Source: an uncultured Bdellovibrio sp. (lineage in GTDB: Bacteria; Bdellovibrionota; Bdellovibrionia; Bdellovibrionales; Bdellovibrionaceae). From it: a DNA stretch of 64,000 bases. The stretch is from positions 64,001 through 128,000 of the forward strand of contig CAWVRN010000005.1 of assembly GCA_963932905.1 (NCBI GenBank). Direction: 5' to 3'. Of this stretch, positions 19,008 to 29,218 are shown piece by piece. The notes below the pieces were generated by a model. The model saw only the letters and a program-made list of their open reading frames with translations, was not told the DNA's origin and searched no databases. Position 1 is the first letter of the stretch. Each line of letters opens with the position of its first letter. The position numbers and the translations under genes were made by a program.

Positions 19008-20012
19008 TCAAGCTTTAAATGGCAAGTTGTGTAGCTTGAAAAAGATTGGGTAGTGGTCTGATGGCAATTCTAGCTTTTGTTCTAGCGTCGTGGGCAGGTC
19101 TAAGGCGAAACCATAGGCATCTTTATAGCGATAAACCATAGCCGAAGTTTTATCTAAATATTGCGCGGCTTTGGGTGTTAAAAAGCAAAAATCAATCTGG
19201 CGACCTTCACTGCGTAAGCCACTGCGGACCTGGGCATAAGTAGCCCGTTTATCATCGGCTTGTCCGCTCAGTTCTAAGACATCCTGCATTTGGGTGTTTT
19301 GATATAAATACTTAAATTCTTCATCCGTCATGCGGGACGAGGCATTGCCGTTAAAGTCACCGGCTAGTATCAACGGAACATTGGGGTTTCGTTTTTGAAC
19401 TTCGTTGGCAATGTCGATAACGGTTTTAAGTTCTGCTTGTCGCCTTGCAAATCCACCCGGGTCTTTCTTTTCAGGATCAAGGCGAGATTTTAGGTGTGTT
19501 AACAAGATATTCAAAAATGGCTTGTCGGACTCGCGTACGAACAGTTTAAGTTCTGCGCAGTCACGAGATAGCTTGTGCTCGGGCGGGTTCTTTAAAAACT
19601 TTTCAGAGTCGTAATTGAAATTGATCAATCGATGCTTGTTCGTCGATAAGTCGAAATAGAATGGCATGTTTTTGCGTACTAGGAAACCAACGTCTATATT
19701 ACGATCAGAATTTCCTTCCATTAACGCGGTCGAGTATTTGTTCTCTAGAAAAAGCTCGTTGAAATGTTTTAAAGATTCAGGGCCGCCGACTTCACAAAGT
19801 AAGATAATGTCGGGGTCCATGTCTTTAAAGGTACGCGCCAGTTCTTTTAGCTTATTTAAATTTTTATTTGGGTAGATCGAAGTCGATAGTTTTTGCCACT
19901 GAATTTCGTCTAATTTAGTATGCTCTATAGTAGGAGGCTGGTCGAATAGCAGAAACAGGTTTTCTGTATTGAGTAGCGCAATTTTTAAATCAATTGATTC
20001 AGTCCAGGGCAT
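19008..20012 (-). CDS. Endonuclease/exonuclease/phosphatase family protein
   Basis: N.ENLF, DIILLCEV, HLKS, LAGDFN, IDF, PSDHYP. Confidence 0.88.
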   Translation of the reverse strand: MPWTESIDLKIALLNTENLFLLFDQPPTIEHTKLDEIQWQKLSTSIYPNKNLNKLKELARTFKDMDPDIILLCEVGGPESLKHFNELFLENKYSTALMEGNSDRNIDVGFLVRKNMPFYFDLSTNKHRLINFNYDSEKFLKNPPEHKLSRDCAELKLFVRESDKPFLNILLTHLKSRLDPEKKDPGGFARRQAELKTVIDIANEVQKRNPNVPLILAGDFNGNASSRMTDEEFKYLYQNTQMQDVLELSGQADDKRATYAQVRSGLRSEGRQIDFCFLTPKAAQYLDKTSAMVYRYKDAYGFALDLPTTLEQKLELPSDHYPIFFKLHNLPFKA

Positions 20013-20071
20013 AATACTACTATTATGCTGTGGGTAAATACACTATGCAAATCGAAAAGTAAGGAAAAGTC

Positions 20072-21592
20072 ATGAAATCACTAATATTTCCTAAAATTAA
20101 ACCATGGAATGCAGATCTAAAAAATCTTATCAAATCGATAGATTTGTTTAAGTCTCAATTCAAAAAGAACCAAACTAGACAAGGCCTAGTCATTGTAACC
20201 AGTGCTATGGATCAGAATCAGAAGGACGAGGTATTTAAGACCATCTTCGACAAACTAGCCCTGGATTGGGAAAAGAAAACAAGTGCCAAGTCATTTGCCT
20301 CGGATACCTTGTATTTCCAGACGAATTGGGGATTGGTGTGGTTATGCAATCAGCCCAAATCATCGGCTAAGTTTTTTTCAGATTCGGAATGGACTTGGGC
20401 TAAAGAAACATTTGGATCATTACTTGGGCATTTCCGATTGCACAAATTAAAGCAGGTTTATGTATACACGGGCGAAGAAAAGAAATCGGTGATTGTGCCG
20501 GCCCTTGTTGGTCTTGAAATGGCGTTTTATCAATTCAAGAATTTTTCTGAGTTGAAATCTGATGATCTACCTGAAATTCATTTCGATAAACTGGATAAAA
20601 ACGATGTTCGTGAAGCACAAAACTTTGCGACGAGTTTGAATCTGACTCGTCATCTTGTCAACTTACCGCCAAATCAGCTGACGCCAAAAAGTTTCGTTCA
20701 AATGGCAAAAGGACTGAAATGGGGACGCAATGTTAAAATTGAAGTGTGGGATCAGCGCCGACTAGCTAAAGAGAAAATGAATTTACATTTAGCGGTCGGG
20801 CAGGGGTCCGATAACCCACCGTACTTGCTACATATTAAGTATGCTAAACGTGGAAATGCAAAATCGATCGCGTTTGTTGGCAAAGGGATCACATTCGATA
20901 CTGGCGGATTAGATATTAAACCCGCGTCAGGTATGCGTTTGATGAAAAAAGATATGGGTGGTGCTGCGGCAGTTCTTGGATTAGCGCACTACGTGGCTCA
21001 GCATGATTGGTCTGTTGATTTTGATTTCTATATGGCACTCGCTGAAAATTCTATCAATGGAAATGCCTTTAGACCTAGTGATGTGATCACATCACGTGCT
21101 GGCTACACTGTTGAAATTGATAACACGGATGCAGAAGGGCGCCTAGTCTTAGCCGACTCCTTAGATTTAGCAACGAAAGGAAACAACAAACTGGATTGCG
21201 TGGTGAATGTGGCAACATTGACCGGTGCGATCAAAGTGGCGTTAGGTGCAGATGTAGCGGGATTGTTTACGAATGACGATGAGTTAGCCGATGAATTGGT
21301 TTCATCGGGTCGTCGTATGGGTGATCATTGTTGGCGAATGCCTTTGGTTGATAAATATTTTGGTGGCCTAAGCAGTTCGTTTGCCGATTTTAAAAATTCG
21401 TCCGAAGGTTTTGGTGGCGCCATTACGGCTGCGCTGTTCTTGCAGAAATTTGTGAATCAAAAACGATGGGCTCATTTAGATATCTATGGATGGAATGATA
21501 AACCGACAGGCAGCTTGGGATTTTCAGGTGGCAGTGGCCAGGGTGTTGGCATGCTGATCGACTTTATTAGTAAATATAGAATTGAAAAGTAA
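20072..21592 (+). CDS. M17 leucyl aminopeptidase family protein
   Basis: VGKGITFDTGG, MKKDMGGAA, NTDAEGRLVLAD, WAHLDI. Confidence 0.93.
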   Translation: MKSLIFPKIKPWNADLKNLIKSIDLFKSQFKKNQTRQGLVIVTSAMDQNQKDEVFKTIFDKLALDWEKKTSAKSFASDTLYFQTNWGLVWLCNQPKSSAKFFSDSEWTWAKETFGSLLGHFRLHKLKQVYVYTGEEKKSVIVPALVGLEMAFYQFKNFSELKSDDLPEIHFDKLDKNDVREAQNFATSLNLTRHLVNLPPNQLTPKSFVQMAKGLKWGRNVKIEVWDQRRLAKEKMNLHLAVGQGSDNPPYLLHIKYAKRGNAKSIAFVGKGITFDTGGLDIKPASGMRLMKKDMGGAAAVLGLAHYVAQHDWSVDFDFYMALAENSINGNAFRPSDVITSRAGYTVEIDNTDAEGRLVLADSLDLATKGNNKLDCVVNVATLTGAIKVALGADVAGLFTNDDELADELVSSGRRMGDHCWRMPLVDKYFGGLSSSFADFKNSSEGFGGAITAALFLQKFVNQKRWAHLDIYGWNDKPTGSLGFSGGSGQGVGMLIDFISKYRIEK

Positions 21593-21626
21593 TTATCGAG
21601 TAGGGCTTGGGCAAAGGTTCAGGTGC

Positions 21627-23060
21627 CTACTTTGTTTTTCCAAAGCCCCAAAGTTTATTCTTTTTTAAATATTCGACAACCAGGCTTGGAACTAATTTTT
21701 CCCAACCTTTTTCTTTTTTCTCTATCATTTTTTGAACATCGCTTGAATGGTAATAAGTATCGGTATCATCGCAACCTGAAATATCTAGAATTTGTGAATT
21801 CTCGATAAAGTGTTGGTACAGATGTTTAACCGATTTATCTGGGAAAAAAGACTTCGTAGTCAAACACAGCAAATCATTCTTGTGAGGATAAATATAAAGC
21901 TTTGTCTGACTATCCAGTAGTTTACCTAGAGCTTCAAAAATGTGGCCTTCCAGCTGTTTATATTTTTCAGGGTCAAATAAATCCGCTAAATGGCGTGCGC
22001 TCATAACCATGACAAGGGGAGCTTGTGTATAATTTCTAAAGAATTTTTTCATTTCATAAAAGTATTTGAAATTTGAAATCAGCACGTAGTAGCCAAGGCT
22101 AGTAATAACCTGAACACGATGCCAGAATTCTTCGACATCAATATCAAACTCACTCGTGATTTCCATAATCGGAAATATGTCACTTGATTTTAGTTTCTGT
22201 TGTTTGATCTCGTGTTTAAGCTGCTCGTACCCCTTGCTCATCACATCTAGGTGAGTTTGGGTGATGGGACGGTAAAATCCACGTTGAATCAGTAGGCCTT
22301 TTCCCCAAACTGTGTCGGCAATATTAAGAACGGCATCTGATCCTGTTCCTGTTTGTGGACCAAACAGCACGCCTTCGGCAAGACCGCGTTTAACAAGTTC
22401 GATATTCATTTTTTGATTGTTGAAGTTTTTAAATGCGGGACCTGTAAACTTAATCACATCGATAACGATTTGACCCTGCTTTAAACCGTCAACCAAGAAA
22501 TTCATAAAATCAGTTGGGTCTTCTGAATGATAAAATGCAGAGTACACAAGATTCACACCTAACATACCAAGCGCTTCTTGTTGCTGTAGGCGTCGTTGGT
22601 CCATCATGCGGACGTGAAGAATAATATCATTGTGTTCCGCACCTGGTTTTTTTTGAAAACGAATTCCCATCCAACCATGACATCTTGGCGATTCCGCAGA
22701 TCCTGTCGCGACTGTATTGGCGTAAGCAAAAAACGTTGTTTTGTTACCACGATGTTCATTAAGGCGTCGTAGTAAAAGCGAATATTCTTTTTCAAGCATA
22801 CGATTTAGTCGCGATTCGACAACATAACGACCGTTTTTTTCTTTTCCATAGATTTCATCGCTGTAAATCATATCGTAAGCAGAAATAGTTTTCGCAATGG
22901 TCTGCGATGCACGGCCAGCTTGGAAAAAGTGACGGGCAACTTCCTGTCCGGCGCCGATTTCAGCGAAGGCGCCGTATATATTCATGTCCAAATTTACTCG
23001 TAAGGCTTTCCCTGTTGTTGTTCTGGATCCTAAAACTTCAGGTTGTGTTTTATCAGACAT
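21627..23060 (-). CDS. Conserved protein of unclear function, C-terminal nucleotidyltransferase-like motif
   Basis: KALRVNLD..IYGAFAEIGAGQEVAR and QRGFYRPITQTH; GGAG SD favours ATG 23060 overlapping the DUF502 stop. Confidence 0.7.
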   Translation of the reverse strand: MSDKTQPEVLGSRTTTGKALRVNLDMNIYGAFAEIGAGQEVARHFFQAGRASQTIAKTISAYDMIYSDEIYGKEKNGRYVVESRLNRMLEKEYSLLLRRLNEHRGNKTTFFAYANTVATGSAESPRCHGWMGIRFQKKPGAEHNDIILHVRMMDQRRLQQQEALGMLGVNLVYSAFYHSEDPTDFMNFLVDGLKQGQIVIDVIKFTGPAFKNFNNQKMNIELVKRGLAEGVLFGPQTGTGSDAVLNIADTVWGKGLLIQRGFYRPITQTHLDVMSKGYEQLKHEIKQQKLKSSDIFPIMEITSEFDIDVEEFWHRVQVITSLGYYVLISNFKYFYEMKKFFRNYTQAPLVMVMSARHLADLFDPEKYKQLEGHIFEALGKLLDSQTKLYIYPHKNDLLCLTTKSFFPDKSVKHLYQHFIENSQILDISGCDDTDTYYHSSDVQKMIEKKEKGWEKLVPSLVVEYLKKNKLWGFGKTK

Positions 23061-23673
23061 GCTTGTCTCCTTGCGCATTCGATTTCACCCAACCGGTGAT
23101 GGCTAGGCTCAATGCTTTCTCTACAGGGATATTGATTTTTTTGATTTTAGATTTATCAATGAGAATAGTAAAACCGCCTAGTGCGTAACTGAGAGGAATG
23201 TACACGGCTACTTTTTCATCAAATTTTGCTTTTAGATCGGCCTCTTGGGTTCCGGGAACATCTTCAAAATGATCGCGTGTGACTAAACCAACTACATGAG
23301 TTCCATCTTGCAGCTCTACCATTACAACACTTTTTAAATCTTTTTGTCCATCGCTGCTAAATAGGCCCATTAAGTCTTTTAGTGGTGAATACAACGCTTT
23401 GATGAGCGGAACCTGAGTCAGACGATTTTCAATTTGCTCCCAAATTGATTTTGAAATGAAGTGAGTCAGGATCAAACCAAAAATAAATATGAGGATCAGA
23501 GTAGTTAGAAGTCCCAGGCCAGGAATGTAAGATTCTTTTAAGACATCTCGAAAAAACTGTCCCAACATATTTTCAAGAATCATGACTCCGGCGTAGATCA
23601 AGTAGAAGGTAATAACAATCGGAAGGAGGGTGACAAGCCCACGCAGAAAGATGTCGGTGATTCGCTTTAGCAT
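23053..23673 (-). CDS. DUF502 family membrane protein
   Basis: FLRGL..LLPI.IT, IPGLG, VPLIKALYS, VAVYIP. Confidence 0.85.
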   Translation of the reverse strand: MLKRITDIFLRGLVTLLPIVITFYLIYAGVMILENMLGQFFRDVLKESYIPGLGLLTTLILIFIFGLILTHFISKSIWEQIENRLTQVPLIKALYSPLKDLMGLFSSDGQKDLKSVVMVELQDGTHVVGLVTRDHFEDVPGTQEADLKAKFDEKVAVYIPLSYALGGFTILIDKSKIKKINIPVEKALSLAITGWVKSNAQGDKHV

Positions 23674-24031
23674 AAAATCATCCTCTCATAGAAATGCTTT
23701 GAAATATATGACTTTGAATACCAGTAGAGCTCACACAAACTTTGGTGTGTATCATAACTAAAGGGTCGACTTTTACGTGTCCGTAATTTCTTACCGTCGA
23801 ATCTTTAAAACTCGCAAAATTTTTTCTAGTAGGGCTTTGTTTTGCACTCACAAAAAAATTTGTACGTATCAGACTGATACGCTTCAAGGTCTCTTGATCT
23901 TGTGGTTTCGGTTTTCTGGATCTGGGAGGCTAGTTTCAAAATAGCGCGTTTGTTTTTGGGAGTCTCACAAAAGCCCTAAAGCGTTCTGGACCTATGTCCG
24001 ATGAAATTAGGGACATCATTTTGGAGGCGTT

Positions 24032-25921
24032 GTGACTGTAATTGAAAAACCGGTACGTTATCTGTTGCCTAATTCGATTGCTCAAATAATGGTTCTTGTT
24101 TCGACATTGATTTTGTCCGTGTCCTCCTCCTTTGCGCAGGCACCTAAAGTCGTACCCGGAGAGTACTTAATTAAGTATCGCGTGGACATGGGATCATCCA
24201 ACGTCATTGGGAAAATTCAAAGTAAAGTAAATTTAAAAGCCGCATTCCCTGAAATGAATATGCTGCATTTCTCAGTTAAACCTGGCCAAGAATCTGCCAT
24301 CGATGAAATCAAAAATGACCCTGAAGTTTTATTCGTAGAACCAAATTACATTCTAGAAAAATTAGATGATGGAACTCCGGGACAAGTTGTCGATCGTCTT
24401 TCCATGGACGAAGTTCAAGCGCAGTCTTCGTTGTCCTATTCACAAAACTACGCAGCGGTGCGAGTAGAGCAAGCCTGGTCTTTGTCGTCGGCTTATTCTG
24501 CTGGTAACCGTCCCATAGTTGCGATTGTCGACACGGGGTTGGATGGCACACATAACCTATTCAAGAACACGAATGCGCTGTGGATAAATCCTAAAGAAAT
24601 ACCAGGGAATGGTATCGATGATGACCAAAACGGATATATCGATGATATTAATGGATGGAATTTTATCACGAATTCGGCGTCCTATGCAGACGACGAAGGT
24701 CACGGTACACATGTAGCTGGTATTGTTGTCGGTGCTGGTTTAGATATTTTCTCGCCGAATTTAGATCAATCCAAAATCCGCATTATGCCACTTAAATTCT
24801 TGGATAAAACCGGTGCGGGCTCAACGTCAAATGCAGTTAAAGCTATCTACTACGCCGTAAATAACGGCGCAAAGATTATCAATAACTCATGGGGTGGCCC
24901 TGGTTATTCAAGTGCTCTTCTTGAAGCGCTGTCGTATGCATACGGTCAACGTGTTTTGATTGTATCTGCAGCGGGTAACAGTAGCAAAAACAATGATTCA
25001 ACCGAAATGTATCCGGCGAACTATGTAGTGCCTAGTAACATTAGTATCGCAGCGTCTAGTGACACGGATAAATTAGCGTCGTTTTCTAACTATGGCGTTG
25101 GCAACGTACATGTCGCTAGCCCAGGTGTTTACATTTATTCATCTTTGCCTGGAAATATGTTTGGGTCGATGTCAGGCACATCAATGGCTGCCCCATTCGT
25201 TTCTGGGATCGCGGCGCTCGCGTTACGAGAAGCGCCATCGTTGACAGGCTATCAATTAAAAAGTTTGATTCTGTCGACGGCCGTACAAGTTGGTCCGTTA
25301 GCAGGCAAAGTCCAAACGGGTGCTCGAGTCGACGCTTATTCGCTGGTTTCACAAGCGAAATCAAATGTGGCCACGGCTGCTTCGCAGCCAGATTATAAGC
25401 CTGCTTACTCTGAGTCTCGTGAGCCCGCATCTGAAACGCAGTCGTCTCCGAAATCTAGCGGTGGTTGTGGATTGGTGAGCTCAGCAATAATGAATCAACT
25501 AGGCGGCGGCGGTGGTGGAGGTATGACTCCAGCCAACGCTATATCATTGATCTTAGTGTTGTCGATGCCATTGGCTTACTTCTTCTATCTACGAACTCGC
25601 AAACCGGCGTCACGTCGTAAATACGATCGCTTCGTTATGAAATCTGATATTAAAGTTAATATCGGCGGACGTGAACTTGTCGCTCAAATGAACACAATTT
25701 CGATGGGCGGTTTAAGTTTCAACGTGGATGAAATGCTTGAAAAAGGTGGATCATTGACAATGAGAATCAAAGGACCGGATGGTGCCGAGCTAGAGGTCGA
25801 AGGCAAAGTAGTTTGGTCAGAAGCGAACCAATCGTATGGGGTTCAGTTCTCTGAGGCCAAGCAAGGATTGGCGCAAACTATTCAAGGCTGGACATCTCAG
25901 CTTGTGAAAACAGATCGCTAG
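24032..25921 (+). CDS. S8 subtilisin-like protease with TM anchor and C-terminal PilZ-like domain
   Basis: GGAGG SD, signal peptide, prodomain, triad motifs IVDTG / GHGTHVAG / SGTSMAAP, GGCG + poly-Gly + TM, then RKYDR and TISMGG..GKVVW..YGVQF. Confidence 0.88.
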   Translation: MTVIEKPVRYLLPNSIAQIMVLVSTLILSVSSSFAQAPKVVPGEYLIKYRVDMGSSNVIGKIQSKVNLKAAFPEMNMLHFSVKPGQESAIDEIKNDPEVLFVEPNYILEKLDDGTPGQVVDRLSMDEVQAQSSLSYSQNYAAVRVEQAWSLSSAYSAGNRPIVAIVDTGLDGTHNLFKNTNALWINPKEIPGNGIDDDQNGYIDDINGWNFITNSASYADDEGHGTHVAGIVVGAGLDIFSPNLDQSKIRIMPLKFLDKTGAGSTSNAVKAIYYAVNNGAKIINNSWGGPGYSSALLEALSYAYGQRVLIVSAAGNSSKNNDSTEMYPANYVVPSNISIAASSDTDKLASFSNYGVGNVHVASPGVYIYSSLPGNMFGSMSGTSMAAPFVSGIAALALREAPSLTGYQLKSLILSTAVQVGPLAGKVQTGARVDAYSLVSQAKSNVATAASQPDYKPAYSESREPASETQSSPKSSGGCGLVSSAIMNQLGGGGGGGMTPANAISLILVLSMPLAYFFYLRTRKPASRRKYDRFVMKSDIKVNIGGRELVAQMNTISMGGLSFNVDEMLEKGGSLTMRIKGPDGAELEVEGKVVWSEANQSYGVQFSEAKQGLAQTIQGWTSQLVKTDR

Positions 25922-25947
25922 TCGTTAGGTAAATTATTGTAATCACC

Positions 25948-25978
25948 AAGCCCAAAGGTTTCGACCTTTGGGCTTTTT
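25948..25978. terminator. Intrinsic terminator between convergent protease and slt genes
   Basis: AAGCCCAAAGGT-TTCG-ACCTTTGGGCTT followed by T-run. Confidence 0.85.
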
Positions 25979-28154
25979 ATTTTTCTAACCACGTATTAGG
26001 GAAGTCAAACGCTTGATTTTGAAAATAGATGCGTTCATAGAACATCATATTTCTAAGTATCAATTTGATATAGGTACGTGTTTCTTCGTATGGAATCTCT
26101 TCAATAAATTCGATCACATTGTCACGATTGCGAACCTGCAACCAACCCTTATAAGCGGCTGAAGAGGCGTTGTAGCCGGCGATAGAAGGTATGAAACGCC
26201 CTTGGTTTGCAGTAAGTAAGTTTTTAAGTTCTTTTGTGCCCAGAGCAATATTTACCCTAGGATCGAATAGATCAAATTCGTTTCGATAGCTGATTCCTTG
26301 TTCCCCGGCACTCAGTTTCTTTGCCAAATTTGGCATCAGTTGTAACAACCCCAAGGCATCGACCGAACTGCGAGCATAGGGATTAAACGCAGATTCCTGT
26401 CGCATAATTGAATAGACAAAACTCATAGGAACATTTCTAAGCTGACTGTTTTTCTGAACGTCATCAAAAAATGGTTTTGGAAAAAGCAGCTCGGGGAAAG
26501 AATACGTGATTGTATTTTTTTGCTCGCTTGTTAGCGCTTGAATCGAATTTAACAAATTTTGATATTGCCCAGATTGTGAGTACAGTAGCAAGATTGGCAA
26601 GTAGTTAGTTAAAACCTCTCTTTCAAGAACCTTAGACCAGCTTTGCAGGACATCGTTTTGTTCAAGACTAATCAGCCAAAGGACTTCGGAAATTTCACTT
26701 TCGGATAAATTGTTTTTTAAATTCTCTACTAAAAATTCGCGTTTATTACTTAACGATGATTTTTTTAATAATGGAATAGGTTCTTTTAGATCACGATAGG
26801 AAAGTAGAGTGTAGAACGACAATGGTTCTTTTTTTCTTAAGTTTAGCAGAACCTCTTTATAAACATCTTCTTTGCCAAGCTTTAAGTTTGCATGAGCTAA
26901 CCAATATAGATATTTTGAATCCGATTCACCGCCCAACTTGTCGGTAATTTCCTGAAGTGAATTTTTGGCGGCTTCATATTTCCTATTTTTGTATTCTAAC
27001 CAAGCCAAACTCCAAAGATTCTTTTCGAACAAAGAATTTTTTGTCTTAATCAGCGGATCTTTTTTCATCGGCGACTGATCATGGCTTTGCTGATAAAGTG
27101 ATTTCGCTTTTTCGTAGTCTTTCTTTTCGTCGTAAATGCGTCCCAGTGTATAGGAAGCTTCCTCTTTTAAACTATTCGCAATTTTTTTCTTTTCATAGGC
27201 TTCTAGTACATCGACTGCTTTGCCTGTTTGTGATTCTGTCCATAACCAGCGAGCTTTTAAGATTTCCCATTCATTCATCCATGAATCATGTTCAGAATTT
27301 TTCTTTTGAGTATGGATCCATTTTCCCCAGCGCTCTATAAGGGCCCATTGATCTTGCTTGTTTTGAGTCGTTTTATGTATTCTGAAAATAGTTTTGAATG
27401 CTTTAAATTTTTGGTCCGCTTTGATATTTTTAGACCGAATTATTTCATTGAGGCGTTTGATTGCATCTTTGAATGAGCGATCTTTGATTAAATCCAAACT
27501 AATGTCATAGCTGTTTTTCAAAATGTCGGGTAGGTACTGCGGAAACTCGCGTTTTAATTCATAGTTTACCAAATTAACAAGTTTTTCATTATTCAGTCGT
27601 TTAGCTTCATCCAAAAGTTTTAAATACGTTTGTTTTTTTGTCTGGCGATCTTTTTCTTCTGAATTCACTTCAAGAAGTAAAATAAACTTTGTTTCTTGAT
27701 TGTTTTCAGCAACCGCTTTTGTGAGTTCAATTTCTTTAAGCCATTTTTTGTATACTATTTTTTGTTTTTCCGTCAGCGGAATTTCGATTTCTGATTTTCC
27801 AGGGCAACGAGTTTTAACTAGTAAGCCGGAATAAGTATTTAGGGGGAACTGTTTGTCTTGATAAAGATCTTCAAGCAGTTTACACGCCGTTGGAATTTGA
27901 GTTTGATCTTGCAAGTACATTTGCGACCAGTGAAATTGCAGCCACCATTTTTTATTCAGGCTAGATTCCTTGATCATGGATTCCCATGATGCGGCCGATT
28001 TTAGTTGTGTTACTTCCGTTTCATTCGGAGGAAGGGTGCTAAGTTCTGCCGTTGGCTTTTGTTTATCTTTAGAAAATGTACACGACGTTGTTAAAATCGT
28101 TGCCGTTGAGAGTGCTAAAAAACAAAACCCAGATTTCCAAGTGGTCTTTTTCAT
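25977..28154 (-). CDS. slt: Soluble lytic murein transglycosylase (Slt70-like) with TPR repeats, probable lipoprotein
   Basis: IMRQESAFNP, ALGLLQLMP, YNA, IPYEETRTY; lipobox-like TTSC. Confidence 0.88.
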   Translation of the reverse strand: MKKTTWKSGFCFLALSTATILTTSCTFSKDKQKPTAELSTLPPNETEVTQLKSAASWESMIKESSLNKKWWLQFHWSQMYLQDQTQIPTACKLLEDLYQDKQFPLNTYSGLLVKTRCPGKSEIEIPLTEKQKIVYKKWLKEIELTKAVAENNQETKFILLLEVNSEEKDRQTKKQTYLKLLDEAKRLNNEKLVNLVNYELKREFPQYLPDILKNSYDISLDLIKDRSFKDAIKRLNEIIRSKNIKADQKFKAFKTIFRIHKTTQNKQDQWALIERWGKWIHTQKKNSEHDSWMNEWEILKARWLWTESQTGKAVDVLEAYEKKKIANSLKEEASYTLGRIYDEKKDYEKAKSLYQQSHDQSPMKKDPLIKTKNSLFEKNLWSLAWLEYKNRKYEAAKNSLQEITDKLGGESDSKYLYWLAHANLKLGKEDVYKEVLLNLRKKEPLSFYTLLSYRDLKEPIPLLKKSSLSNKREFLVENLKNNLSESEISEVLWLISLEQNDVLQSWSKVLEREVLTNYLPILLLYSQSGQYQNLLNSIQALTSEQKNTITYSFPELLFPKPFFDDVQKNSQLRNVPMSFVYSIMRQESAFNPYARSSVDALGLLQLMPNLAKKLSAGEQGISYRNEFDLFDPRVNIALGTKELKNLLTANQGRFIPSIAGYNASSAAYKGWLQVRNRDNVIEFIEEIPYEETRTYIKLILRNMMFYERIYFQNQAFDFPNTWLEK

Positions 28155-28229
28155 ATGTTTATTATGATATGACCAAGGAAATCTGGGAACGTTTTTTTGA
28201 ACTAAAAATGCTTAACTAGTCGCTTGAAA

Positions 28230-29123
28230 TTAAGCCCTCTGAAGGGCTTGGATTCTAACTTCCAAGTCCGGATGCGTTTTAAATAACGCCATCAAGCCAC
28301 CTTTACCACGATTTGAAATTTTCATGGTAGCTAACATATCTTTCTCTTCACCATCGTAAGGAGTTTGATACACGGCCTGTAGTCTGCGTAACGCTGCGAT
28401 CATGTTCTGACGTCCAGAATACTGAGCGCCACCTTTGTCCGCACGGAATTCACGCTGACGAGAGAAGTAGCTTACAACCATTGAACCCAGCAACGTAAAT
28501 AAAATGTCACCGACTATGGTTACAGCAAAGTAAACAATGTGACGTAACTTTTCATCAACACTGTTAGAAATAATGTTGGCTAGAATTCTAGAGAAGAACA
28601 TCGAGAATGTATTCACAACGCCAGTGATTAACGTCAATGTAACCATATCGCCGTTTGCGATGTGGGCAATTTCGTGTCCCAGAACACCATCTACTTCGTC
28701 GTCACTCATGCGACGAAGAAGACCAGTTGAAACCGCCACCAACGCATTGCTTTTTGAAGGTCCAGTCGCAAAAGCATTTACGTCATCAGATTCATAGATC
28801 CCAACTTCGGGTGGGCGAGGCAAGCCGGCACGACGAGCTAACTCGTGTACGCGACCAACCAAACTTCGTAATGTTGGATCATTAGTGTGTGGATCAATTG
28901 TTTTTACACCCGCTGACCACTTCGCCATCACTTTGGATAACATCAGGGAAATGAGTGCGCCACCAAAACCAAATAGCGAACAGAAAACCAGCAGCGAGCC
29001 CATGGATTGGCGGATACCTTCAAGACCAAAGAAAGCAGAAATCAACGACCAGGCGATACTGATGGTCACAATAACCAAAAGATTCGTTAACAGGAATAAA
29101 CCGATACGTTTAAACATTTGCAT
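28230..29123 (-). CDS. htpX: Membrane zinc metalloprotease HtpX
   Basis: NAFATG, VAVSTGLL, HEIAHIANGDMVT, FSRQREFRAD, THP. Confidence 0.96.
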   Translation of the reverse strand: MQMFKRIGLFLLTNLLVIVTISIAWSLISAFFGLEGIRQSMGSLLVFCSLFGFGGALISLMLSKVMAKWSAGVKTIDPHTNDPTLRSLVGRVHELARRAGLPRPPEVGIYESDDVNAFATGPSKSNALVAVSTGLLRRMSDDEVDGVLGHEIAHIANGDMVTLTLITGVVNTFSMFFSRILANIISNSVDEKLRHIVYFAVTIVGDILFTLLGSMVVSYFSRQREFRADKGGAQYSGRQNMIAALRRLQAVYQTPYDGEEKDMLATMKISNRGKGGLMALFKTHPDLEVRIQALQRA

Positions 29124-29218
29124 AGAATAAGCTCCTCATGACTTTGTATTAATAAAGCCTTCTGAATCAATCTTGAGGACCTTTTAAAATTTGTCAATAA
29201 GACAGCGTAAGTATGTTT

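Noticed and set aside
23678..23887. 69-aa minus-strand ORF in the DUF502/protease intergenic region
   Set aside because: TTG start without SD and no motif; it overlaps probable promoter sequence.
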